From: an uncultured virus (IMG/VR IMGVR_UViG_3300032223_003290)
Lineage: Duplodnaviria; Heunggongvirae; Uroviricota; Caudoviricetes
Reading direction: 5' to 3' (one strand)
IMG/VR virus record: IMGVR_UViG_3300032223_003290
DNA: 64,000 bases
The notes below the pieces were generated by a model. That model had not been told where the DNA came from, searched no databases, and worked only from the letters and a program-made list of their open reading frames with translations. Positions 56,296 through 64,000 of this stretch are shown here, piece after piece. Both the position numbers and the translations under genes were made by a program. The stretch's first letter is position 1. Every line of letters starts with the position of its first letter.

Positions 56296-56682
56296 ATGGC
56301 TAACGCATTGTTTGATAGTGGAAGAGATGGTTTTTTAAATGGTCAATTCAATTGGTCGGCAGATAACTTTAAAGTAATTTTGCTTTCAAATCAATATACT
56401 GTTGACTTAATCAACCATACCACGACAGCAAACATTGGCGGAACAGTAGCTATATCAGGAGTTATGACTACCATAACTCCTGGTAAGGGCGTGGCAGATG
56501 CAAACGACTTAACTATATCTGGTGTTGCTGGAACTACTGTAACTCAATACATAATTTTCCATGATACGTCAAAAAAACTAATTGCTTATTTTGACACATC
56601 ATCAAATCTTCCAGTAACTCCCAATGGAGGGAACATTACCCTTCAATGGAGTAATACAGATAACAGAATTTTCAAGCTCTAG
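56296..56682 (+). CDS. Phage minor tail/structural protein
   Basis: MANALFD.GR..FL.G..NW..D.FKV.L...GVADA.D...LIAYFD...LPVTPNGGNI...W....RIFKL pattern typical of small tail-region proteins. Confidence 0.75.
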   Translation: MANALFDSGRDGFLNGQFNWSADNFKVILLSNQYTVDLINHTTTANIGGTVAISGVMTTITPGKGVADANDLTISGVAGTTVTQYIIFHDTSKKLIAYFDTSSNLPVTPNGGNITLQWSNTDNRIFKL

Positions 56683-56702
56683 ATTTTCTAGAGCTTTTTT
56701 TA

Positions 56703-56731
56703 TAGGTAAAAGTGGTCTTGAAAAGAGAATT
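56703..56731 (+). promoter_or_regulatory. Candidate phage late promoter TAGG-N19-AGAATT
   Basis: Motif copy with a 19-nt spacer upstream of 56752. Confidence 0.4.
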
Positions 56732-56751
56732 TTAACAATTGAGACCACAAT

Positions 56752-57591
56752 ATGAACAACGCAACCATCAAAACTTGGATCAATAGAGCATATTTTATAG
56801 AAGCTAGTCATGTGAATGTTTTTGTAGCTTCTTCCACTGGTGGAACTGGTGGAACAGGCGGTACTGGTGGAACAGGCGGTACTGGTGGTACAGGGGGAAC
56901 AGGAGGCACAGGTGGGACTGGTGCTGGATCAGGTTCTACTGTGCTTTATTTCTCAGTTCCAAATTCCTCTTCATATCCAGGGACAGGATATACCATTTAT
57001 GACTTAAGCTCCTATGGAAATAATGGATATCTTTATAATGGTACAAATTATGTAGACAATGGTAATGGAGACTATTTATTCTTTGATGGAACAAATAACT
57101 ATGTAGGAATAAATACAACAGTAACTTCAAACACTGGAAATGTAAATATTACTGCTTGGGTAAATTCTTCAGTCGTTTCTCAATCAGGTCAAATGATTGT
57201 GTATGTTGGAAGTGAACAAAATCTCAATGGTTATGGATTAGCAATTAACAAAGAATATGTTACTTCTGGAAATGTTTACATCAGGTATGGAAATGTTAGA
57301 TGGTACAACTCTGGAATAGCACTCAGTTCAAATAGCTGGAATCATTTATCAGTCAATATAAACAGTGATACTTCGAACGATCTTTATGTAAATGGAATAT
57401 TAAGATACTCTGGGCCTATTTCTGCAATTAATACTCCTACTTTGCATACTGAAATTGGCAGAAGTGATTATACCACTTACGCTTATCCAAGATATTTGAA
57501 TGGGAAAGTGTCAGAAGTAATCATTTCAAGTGGCATTCTTACAACAAGCCAAATTTTGTCACACTATAACTCTACAAAGAACAACTACTAA
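56752..57591 (+). CDS. LamG-like lectin domain protein with (GGT)9 linker
   Basis: SYPGTG..IYDLS.YGN, FDGTNNY, WNHL...LYVNG, LTTSQILSHYNSTK; Gly-Gly-Thr x9 after a 27-aa leader. Confidence 0.82.
   Translation: MNNATIKTWINRAYFIEASHVNVFVASSTGGTGGTGGTGGTGGTGGTGGTGGTGGTGAGSGSTVLYFSVPNSSSYPGTGYTIYDLSSYGNNGYLYNGTNYVDNGNGDYLFFDGTNNYVGINTTVTSNTGNVNITAWVNSSVVSQSGQMIVYVGSEQNLNGYGLAINKEYVTSGNVYIRYGNVRWYNSGIALSSNSWNHLSVNINSDTSNDLYVNGILRYSGPISAINTPTLHTEIGRSDYTTYAYPRYLNGKVSEVIISSGILTTSQILSHYNSTKNNY
56839..56919 (+). repeat. 9-bp tandem repeat encoding (Gly-Gly-Thr)9
   Basis: GGNGGNACW x9 counted in the DNA. Confidence 0.9.
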
Positions 57592-57604
57592 ATGGGAATT
57601 CACT

Positions 57605-57922
57605 ATGCTTAATAATGTATATTTATCAGAAACAACTTTAAAAATTTATGCTCACTTAAAAGATGAAAGTGGCAGTGGTGTTACTGCAGATAGTTTGACA
57701 TTTTATATCACTGAGCCTGGTGGAATTGGCTATACATATTATTACGGTGTTGGTTCAGGAAGTGGAAATTCCCAACCTGTTCAATCTACAGACACAGTTG
57801 GTATTTATTATAAACAATGGACACCTTCTAGAGTAGGCACATATAAATATTCTTGGAAGGCTTCGGGATCGATAAACACAACTTCTAAAAGTTTTTTTGA
57901 AGTTAAAGATTATAGGTGGTAA
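57605..57922 (+). CDS. Small beta-rich (Ig-like) structural protein
   Basis: MLNNVYL...GIYYKQWTPSRVGTYKYSW.ASG; start moved to ATG 57605 to avoid a long overlap. Confidence 0.65.
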   Translation: MLNNVYLSETTLKIYAHLKDESGSGVTADSLTFYITEPGGIGYTYYYGVGSGSGNSQPVQSTDTVGIYYKQWTPSRVGTYKYSWKASGSINTTSKSFFEVKDYRW

Positions 57923-58873
57923 ATGGCTTTCCCAGGCATACTTACTAGGGGTGAATTTTCAACAGGACTTAATACAAAAAGTATCTGTGTCAATGGAAAT
58001 TACCTCATTGTTGAAGAGTGTAATATAAATCAAGTTCAAGATCACAATTTGAACAATTATATTCAAGGTGGCCCAGCTTATGCAATTTATAATCTTGGAG
58101 CAAAAAAATATGAAGGTTCAATCTCTTTTCCATTAAGAATTGATCAAGAAGGAAATATAGAAACCGCAGCTAAAATTTTGCTACAATATGCAGCCAAGCC
58201 TATGTCTACATTGACAATTGACACTCATCATTTACTTTCTAGCAAAACTACAACGGTTCTAGATCCAGGAACAGACAATAATAAGAATCTTTCGTTAGAT
58301 TCTGTTGTGATAAGTAATTTGACCATATCTTGCAGTGAAAATAATAAAGTTATTGTCAGATTAGATGTAACAGGAATGGTTGATCAAGAAAAAGAGTCTG
58401 AATTTAATTTTAGCACAGATTTTATTTTAGGAAGAGCTTTGACTTGGGCAGACTGTAATGCTAGTAGAAAAGAATCATCCATGAGAACAACTTCGAGTAT
58501 AGAAGTTAAAATTGAAAATGAATTAATAACTCCTGTGTTCTTAATGCCTTACTTATCATATCCTGGTGCTGGAGTAACTGAATCTAAAGATCAAATAGAA
58601 TTGATTGGAGTTCAGTCTACAAAATGGAGTGGCACTTTTGCAGAAGTTATCAGAAATGGAGCTGATTTGAATACGTTTATTCATGGTGGTCTTATGCATG
58701 ATTCTAATTTAGTGCTTCAATTTGGTCCTGTTTCAGCTACATTTCCAAACCCAGTTTTCAAAATTGGGCAAACTCCATTGACAGCTCAGATAATAAGGAG
58801 AACTACAGAATGGGCTGGAATAAATAAACCTGATGCTTCTATGAACGATAATGGATTATTCACTTTTATTTAA
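57923..58873 (+). CDS. Tail tube-like protein (paralogue 1)
   Basis: Beta-rich 316 aa; IVE...N....IQG.P....G....GSISFP segment aligns by eye with 58963..59985. Confidence 0.55.
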   Translation: MAFPGILTRGEFSTGLNTKSICVNGNYLIVEECNINQVQDHNLNNYIQGGPAYAIYNLGAKKYEGSISFPLRIDQEGNIETAAKILLQYAAKPMSTLTIDTHHLLSSKTTTVLDPGTDNNKNLSLDSVVISNLTISCSENNKVIVRLDVTGMVDQEKESEFNFSTDFILGRALTWADCNASRKESSMRTTSSIEVKIENELITPVFLMPYLSYPGAGVTESKDQIELIGVQSTKWSGTFAEVIRNGADLNTFIHGGLMHDSNLVLQFGPVSATFPNPVFKIGQTPLTAQIIRRTTEWAGINKPDASMNDNGLFTFI

Positions 58874-58874
58874 A

Positions 58875-58902
58875 AAGGTAAGCATCAATAAAATAAAGAA
58901 TA
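58875..58902 (+). promoter_or_regulatory. Candidate phage late promoter AAGG-N18-AGAATA
   Basis: Best-consensus copy upstream of 58963. Confidence 0.55.
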
Positions 58903-58962
58903 TTTTGAATAACCTAAAAAAACAAAAGAAGTTAATAAATCTTTTGAAAGTGAGTTGATAAA

Positions 58963-59985
58963 ATGCCTATTAATAATGATATCCTTGGTATTTACAAATC
59001 AGTATATATCACAATTGCTGGTGGAACTGCTAAATCATATATTGTTGAAAGTGCCAGCAGAAACGTTACCATTGACGCATCACCTAAAGTATTGATGCAA
59101 GGAAGCCCGAAAACTAGAATTATGGACATTGGTGGAGTTTCTGAAACCATTTCCATTCAAGCTCCTATCTTAATTGGTGGTGGTGCAGCAGCTGATGGTA
59201 GAGCCATTGCCACACAAAAAATCAATGAGATTCTCGATCCTACTACCGCATCTTTACCAATCCTCAAATCTGCTTCATATAGCATTAATGAGGGTGGCGG
59301 ATCTGTTTCATTAACTCTTGAGAGTGACGGCGATTCTGGTGTTGGTACTTCCGCATTCTATGTTGTAAATTCCAACGTTCCACACCCATCTTTGAACCCT
59401 GTTGGAACTGGTGGATCAAACACCACAGCTTATGGTCCTACAAGAGTTGCACGTTTCTATGACTTTAGAGCACAAATCGGTGACAGAAAATACTTCATCC
59501 AAGAAGCTAGCGTTGATGTAAACGTAGAGACCCAAAAAACCTACTTCATCAACCCTTACGACTTCAATGATCCTAACGCAGGATACACATTGAGTGGTGG
59601 TGGTGGTACATCATTACCTTCAGCATTGTCTGGTAATGGTATCTCCTACAAGTATGGTACTCAATTCCCACATATCGGTGTCAATGGTTTGACCATTTCC
59701 GGTAAGGGTAAAGGTGCTGTTGTTGTTGGTTCAACATATGCTTCTGAAACAACCGCTGGTGTTACTACTCAATCTGCTGGTACAACAGTTCTTGCTAGTG
59801 CAGGAAGTGTAACCTTTGCACTTGAAATTGCTCAACAAACCGGCTTTAATATGTCAGCTGCTCCTACATGGGGAAGCTTGATCCCTGGTATTGGATTATC
59901 AAAGGCAGTTATCAATGCTACCAACTTCTCTGTAAGTACTGGTATCTTGACTGTTGACTTTGACTTTATGTGCTACGTTGTCTAA
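58963..59985 (+). CDS. Tail tube-like major structural protein (paralogue 2)
   Basis: 340 aa, beta-rich, internally duplicated (KSYIVESASRNVTID / RKYFIQEASVDVNVE); codon bias (TAC, AAC, ATC, GGT) suggests high expression. Confidence 0.6.
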   Translation: MPINNDILGIYKSVYITIAGGTAKSYIVESASRNVTIDASPKVLMQGSPKTRIMDIGGVSETISIQAPILIGGGAAADGRAIATQKINEILDPTTASLPILKSASYSINEGGGSVSLTLESDGDSGVGTSAFYVVNSNVPHPSLNPVGTGGSNTTAYGPTRVARFYDFRAQIGDRKYFIQEASVDVNVETQKTYFINPYDFNDPNAGYTLSGGGGTSLPSALSGNGISYKYGTQFPHIGVNGLTISGKGKGAVVVGSTYASETTAGVTTQSAGTTVLASAGSVTFALEIAQQTGFNMSAAPTWGSLIPGIGLSKAVINATNFSVSTGILTVDFDFMCYVV

Positions 59986-59990
59986 TTAGA

Positions 59991-60482
59991 TTAGTCTTCA
60001 TCGTACATAAAATTTTCATAATCCCAGTCTTCATCTAGTGGTTCCATATTATCCCAGACATCAAAAACAATTTTCAAATTGGTCTGGGATAATATGGACA
60101 AGATGATCCCATCACATAAAGACATTATTAAATAAAAATTATTTAATTTTTTATCAATAAATTTCACTGATGTATAAACTACATCACCAACCTTGTTTTC
60201 TATCTCAACACTCTCAACATCAGATTTATAAACATCTAATAATTTCATAAAAGCCTGATGTATAGTCTGTATATGAGAATTCTTATGATAATCTTTGGCT
60301 ACAAAAGTTAGCATTCCTGATTCAAAAGAATTCATTTCAACAGCAGATTTTTTGTCCCCATCACTTAAAACAACAAAAGATCTTCCTTCGGGGTTTACAA
60401 CAACACTTTCAACTAAGATAGGTATTAGCTCATAACGATTACTGTTGTCAAGCGAATGCCTATCTATTTTTTTATCACTCAT
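59991..60482 (-). CDS. Bifunctional nuclease (DUF151/BFN)-like protein, divergent
   Basis: FVVL.DG....FE...T.H...LL....VESVEI....DVVY....DGIIL layout matches DUF151; the RPSDA motif is replaced by SLCDG. Confidence 0.65.
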   Translation of the reverse strand: MSDKKIDRHSLDNSNRYELIPILVESVVVNPEGRSFVVLSDGDKKSAVEMNSFESGMLTFVAKDYHKNSHIQTIHQAFMKLLDVYKSDVESVEIENKVGDVVYTSVKFIDKKLNNFYLIMSLCDGIILSILSQTNLKIVFDVWDNMEPLDEDWDYENFMYDED

Positions 60483-60871
60483 TTTTTTATCTCACAGGTT
60501 TTACAATGCTTGCACATGTTGTCATTCATTAAAGAAGACAAAGCCATCAATATACCACCTAAAATCATAAATATATTAAATAAATCGAATTGAAATCCTA
60601 TATGATGATTGTGATGATGCAGTAATCTTCCAATAACAAATAAGAACAATCCTAAAGCTAATACTGCTAAAGCCTTATTAGACTTATGTTGTCTATAACC
60701 AAAACAAACATTTGTAATATTAAACAACAATGAAAATGCCAACAATATATATTCGAATGTTTCATTGATAAATAAATAAATACCTGTTGTTGGAATTAAT
60801 ATAGCAAGTAAGGGCAAAATAGTACAATGAATTGCACAAACTACAGATGCCCACATTCCAACATTTTTCAT
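60479..60871 (-). CDS. merC: MerC-family membrane protein with His-rich loop
   Basis: GMWASVVCAIHCTILPLL, GYRQHK, four hydrophobic segments, HHHNHH loop, C-terminal CKHCKTC. Confidence 0.75.
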   Translation of the reverse strand: MKNVGMWASVVCAIHCTILPLLAILIPTTGIYLFINETFEYILLAFSLLFNITNVCFGYRQHKSNKALAVLALGLFLFVIGRLLHHHNHHIGFQFDLFNIFMILGGILMALSSLMNDNMCKHCKTCEIKK

Positions 60872-62559
60872 TTCATTTTCTCTTTTGCAAATTCATGAAC
60901 TGATAAAGACTTTTCTTTTATTGTTTCTTTTGCGGATTCCAATAAACTTGAAAGAAGTTCTATATTTTGACTCTTTCCATCTTCTTTGATAGAATATTTC
61001 AAGTCTAACAAATCATTAGTATCATTTTTACTTAGTACATTTGTTCTAAGTAATTCTTCAATTTGAATTTCACAATCATAAAGAAGATCGTGCATATTTG
61101 TAATCTTTCTAAAATATTCATCTTCATCTTTGTGTTTTTGTGCATCGTTAATAATTTTTGATATCTCTTCATTTGATAACGATGCTTGCCCAGTAATCTC
61201 AATATCTTTATTGACTCCAGTGTCTAAATCTTGAGCCTTGACTGAAAGTATACCATTTGCATCAATTTCAAAAGCAACCTCAATCTTTGGCACTCCTCTT
61301 GGCTTCTTATCTATACCATCAAGCTTAAATTCACCAAGGCATAAATTATCAACCGTCTTTGGTCTCTCACCTTGGTAAATCTTAACATCTACAGAAGTTT
61401 GGTCATCATATGCAGTTGTAAAGATTTCCTTAATAACTGCTGGAACTTGAGTATTTCTTGGAATTAACACACTCATAATTCCACCTTGAGTTTCTACACC
61501 CAAAGATAATGGACAAACATCTAAAAGAAACACTTCTCTGCTTGATTTTCCTGTCAAAACCGATGCTTGAATTGCTGCACCTATCGAAACGGCTTCATCA
61601 GGATTAATTGACTTATTTGGCTTTTTTCCGAACTTTTCTTCAATAACTTTTTCAATGAGTGGAATTCTTGTACTTCCACCAACAAAAACAACTTCATCAA
61701 TTTGATTTGTTCTTACATTTCCATCTCTTAAAGCATCATTTACACAAGCCATAGTTTTGTCAATATAATGCCTAATAGAATCTTCAAATTCTTCACGAGT
61801 GATTTTTGTTGAACTTTTAGCAACCATCACATTTGCAACTGTCATATGAGAAAGCATTTTTTTAACTTTTTCAGATATGTTTCTTAACTCAGCAGGTTCT
61901 AATGTATTTGGAGTTTTATCGCATATAATTTTACTTATAGCAGAATCAAAATCTACACCACCAAGAGATGTATTTCCTGATGTAGATTGAACATGAAAAT
62001 CAACACCATCCATAAGTTTGAGTAATGTAACATCAAATGTTCCACCACCCAAATCATAAACAAGAATAGTGGCATCATTTTTCTTATCTAAACCATATGC
62101 CAAAGATGCTGCTGTAGGTTCGTTGATAATTCGGAGTACTTTAAGTCCTGCCAATTCTCCAGCTGTTTTTGTTGATTGTCTTTGGTCGTTATTGAAATAT
62201 GCAGGGACAGTGATAACAGCTTCAGTGACTTCAGAGCCCAAATGTCTTTCTGCACAATTTTTAAGATATTTAAGTATATAAGATGAAATTTCTTCTGGGC
62301 TGTATGATTTATCTCCGATGATAAATCTCTTATTAGTACCCATATGTCTTTTAACAACACGTATAGTATGAGAAAAGGGCAAATGCTGCTCCATATCAAC
62401 AGCATATTGCCCTACATATACTTCATCTCCAAATGATACAACACTTGGAGTAATTCTTTCGCCTAAATCATTTGGAATAACTTCTGCTTGATCGTTCTCA
62501 TTTACATAAGAAACAACACTAAAAGTACTTCCTAAATCAATTCCAATAGCATAACTCAT
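60868..62559 (-). CDS. dnaK: Hsp70 chaperone DnaK (short lid)
   Basis: GIDLGST.S, TPSVV, KRHMG, TVPAYFN..QR, IINEPTAA, DLGGGTFDV, VGGSTRIP, NPDEAV, LLDVCPLSLG, IDANGIL. Confidence 0.95.
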   Translation of the reverse strand: MSYAIGIDLGSTFSVVSYVNENDQAEVIPNDLGERITPSVVSFGDEVYVGQYAVDMEQHLPFSHTIRVVKRHMGTNKRFIIGDKSYSPEEISSYILKYLKNCAERHLGSEVTEAVITVPAYFNNDQRQSTKTAGELAGLKVLRIINEPTAASLAYGLDKKNDATILVYDLGGGTFDVTLLKLMDGVDFHVQSTSGNTSLGGVDFDSAISKIICDKTPNTLEPAELRNISEKVKKMLSHMTVANVMVAKSSTKITREEFEDSIRHYIDKTMACVNDALRDGNVRTNQIDEVVFVGGSTRIPLIEKVIEEKFGKKPNKSINPDEAVSIGAAIQASVLTGKSSREVFLLDVCPLSLGVETQGGIMSVLIPRNTQVPAVIKEIFTTAYDDQTSVDVKIYQGERPKTVDNLCLGEFKLDGIDKKPRGVPKIEVAFEIDANGILSVKAQDLDTGVNKDIEITGQASLSNEEISKIINDAQKHKDEDEYFRKITNMHDLLYDCEIQIEELLRTNVLSKNDTNDLLDLKYSIKEDGKSQNIELLSSLLESAKETIKEKSLSVHEFAKEKMK

Positions 62560-62574
62560 AAGAATAATTGTACA

Positions 62575-62928
62575 TTATTCTGATTCGTCAGGTAAAACCG
62601 TGCCTCCAGGAACATATCCTTCCATTAATTCTTTTAAAGAATCTTTATTTTCCAGCTTTTTCTTAAAGTCCAATGTTTCTTTTTTTGTTATTGGCCCATT
62701 AGGAGATAATTTACTCTCGTCTTTTGGCAAATCTGATCTATAATCGTGAGCCATAGACATAAGTTGTGTCACCGCAAATGTGTCTTTACATTTTGAGCAT
62801 CTCATAATTGCATATACTTCAACTTCTGATTTAGGAAGCCAACCAAGATGAGAAGCTTTTGTAAATTGTGTTTTGCAATTACGATTAAGACAACATTTGG
62901 GTTTGCCGACGATGGTTTGATGAAACAT
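62575..62928 (-). CDS. Zinc-ribbon-like protein
   Basis: CCLNRNC...CSKC; GGAGGTG RBS places the start at ATG 62928 (MFHQ...). Confidence 0.7.
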   Translation of the reverse strand: MFHQTIVGKPKCCLNRNCKTQFTKASHLGWLPKSEVEVYAIMRCSKCKDTFAVTQLMSMAHDYRSDLPKDESKLSPNGPITKKETLDFKKKLENKDSLKELMEGYVPGGTVLPDESE

Positions 62929-63037
62929 AGCACACCTCCAATGCGCAATAAGCACTTTATTATTCCTTGCAAAACATATCCCAACTTTTATTAAGAAGCC
63001 TTAATAGGATAAGAAACCCTCCATGCTGTATACTATT

Positions 63038-63080
63038 ATAGTCCACTGGCGGATAAATTCAGGCCAGTGGACTATTTTTT
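63038..63080 (+). terminator. 13-bp perfect hairpin with T-tract
   Basis: ATAGTCCACTGGC-12 nt-GCCAGTGGACTAT then TTTTT. Confidence 0.75.
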
Positions 63081-63097
63081 GTGTAAGGAGGTTAATT

Positions 63098-63169
63098 ATG
63101 AAAATATTTGAACAATTAGAAGAAATGATGAATCAAGTTATTTCAGCTTTATTCAATGTAGAATTGTAA
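63098..63169 (+). CDS. 23-aa small ORF MKIFEQLEEMMNQVISALFNVEL
   Basis: Perfect AAGGAGGT RBS 5 nt before the ATG; lies in otherwise non-coding space; below the ORF track cutoff. Confidence 0.55.
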   Translation: MKIFEQLEEMMNQVISALFNVEL

Positions 63170-63197
63170 GGTAACTTATAATCTACAACGACGTAGA

Positions 63198-64000
63198 TTA
63201 TTTCAACTCATACATCTTCCAAGCACGTTCATTTTTATATACTTTTTTCCTCATATTTACGTGAGATCTTAAATTCTTATGACTTGAAGCAAAATCAATA
63301 ATAATAGCTTCAGGTTTTCCGTTTTTAATAGAGTCCTCAACATTTTTACCAACACATCTGAGCACTCTACCCACTTGCTGATAAGTAGTAACTGGTGATG
63401 AACTTGTACCAGCCAATATCAAGCAAGCAATTTTTGGAGCATCAACACCAACATTTGCCCATTGAGTTGCTATCAAGACAATTTCATTATTTTCAACAGC
63501 ATTAAGCATTCTTCTGCGGTAATTTTTTTCCTCATCTGATGGGTCTGTTTCGCCTTTATCACCACCAGGAACAAAAACAGCATCTTCAATCATTCCCTCA
63601 AGAATATTGCCATGTTCCATTCTTTCAACAAGGATAAGAGTGGGAATACCTTTTGCTTTCATACCTTCAGCAAATTGCTTAATTCTAAAGTTTCTTTCCC
63701 AGCAGTTAACAATATTCAAATTATAAACTTCATGATAAGTTTGACCAGGTTCTACAGTGTTGATATTTACTACAAAAATCTTGGGTGGTACTAAAAAACC
63801 ACGTTCGACAAGATCACTAGCACTTACTTCACAGACCTTGCCACCTAACGTACCTTCAATTCTAATTTCTTGATTGTCTGTGCGAAATGGTGTAGCACTC
63901 AAACCTAGCCTATAATATGCGTTTTTTGCCTGATTACCTATTTCTTCAGTAACAACAGCAGCTAAGTGTGCTTCATCAATAATCAAAGCATTACAGCATT
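63198..64000 (-). CDS. Superfamily 2 DEAH helicase (UvsW/XPB-like), 5' end beyond window
   Basis: IIDEAH (motif II), GLSATP.R (III), GVD.P (V), QQVGRVLR (VI); frame stays open to the window edge. Confidence 0.9.
   Translation of the reverse strand, partial: CCNALIIDEAHLAAVVTEEIGNQAKNAYYRLGLSATPFRTDNQEIRIEGTLGGKVCEVSASDLVERGFLVPPKIFVVNINTVEPGQTYHEVYNLNIVNCWERNFRIKQFAEGMKAKGIPTLILVERMEHGNILEGMIEDAVFVPGGDKGETDPSDEEKNYRRRMLNAVENNEIVLIATQWANVGVDAPKIACLILAGTSSSPVTTYQQVGRVLRCVGKNVEDSIKNGKPEAIIIDFASSHKNLRSHVNMRKKVYKNERAWKMYELK

Larger units (their letters stand above)
1..64000. mobile_element. Fragment of a large tailed dsDNA bacteriophage genome (jumbo/huge-phage-like)
   Basis: Over 30 kb of co-directional giant tail-fibre-like genes, tail-tube-like genes, SLT, PhoH and an SF2 helicase, interspersed with isolated host-like genes (gyrAB, dnaK, clpX) outside their usual bacterial operon context; dense coding; low GC. 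Confidence 0.9.

Noticed and set aside
56839..56919. Collagen-like repeat
   Set aside because: Gly-Gly-Thr without Pro and only nine units; more likely a flexible linker.
38535..62559. Bacterial chromosome origin for gyrAB, dnaK and clpX
   Set aside because: Usual neighbours (dnaA/dnaN/recF, grpE/hrcA, clpP/tig) are absent and the genes are interleaved with virion genes.
1..64000. Stop-codon reassignment (alternative genetic code)
   Set aside because: Long genes are intact under code 11, and TAA, TAG (e.g. 24892, 43133) and TGA (e.g. 9256) all end genes at sensible boundaries.

Overview
AT-rich segment of a large (jumbo/huge-type) tailed dsDNA phage genome, standard genetic code. Bases 1-32.2 kb form one leftward block of very long Gly/Ser/Thr-rich modular tail-fibre/virion proteins, with a tandem array of six translationally coupled LamG/ConA-like lectin genes. 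Bases 32.5-64 kb mix candidate head-internal proteins, a lytic transglycosylase, a 1941-aa repeat virion protein and two tail-tube-like paralogues with host-like genes: clpX, a J-domain protein, PIN-phoH, gyrB-gyrA, dnaK, MerC-like, DUF151-like, a macrodomain and an SF2 helicase cut by the window edge. The most interesting signals read from the sequence are: (i) a recurring AGG-N18-A(G)AAT-like motif upstream of eight genes (candidate phage-specific late promoter); (ii) a shared K/R-x-A(Q) plus LDxxGxxxxAD motif in otherwise unrelated proteins (candidate capsid-targeting/cleavage signal); (iii) the LamG array, whose C-terminal codons carry the next gene's Shine-Dalgarno; (iv) a ClpX with altered substrate loops plus DnaK and a J-protein; (v) a ~70-aa insertion in GyrB; (vi) an unannotated 23-aa ORF behind a hairpin. 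All family assignments come from motif recognition by eye; no database search was run. No tRNA, rRNA, CRISPR array, integrase or reverse transcriptase was seen.
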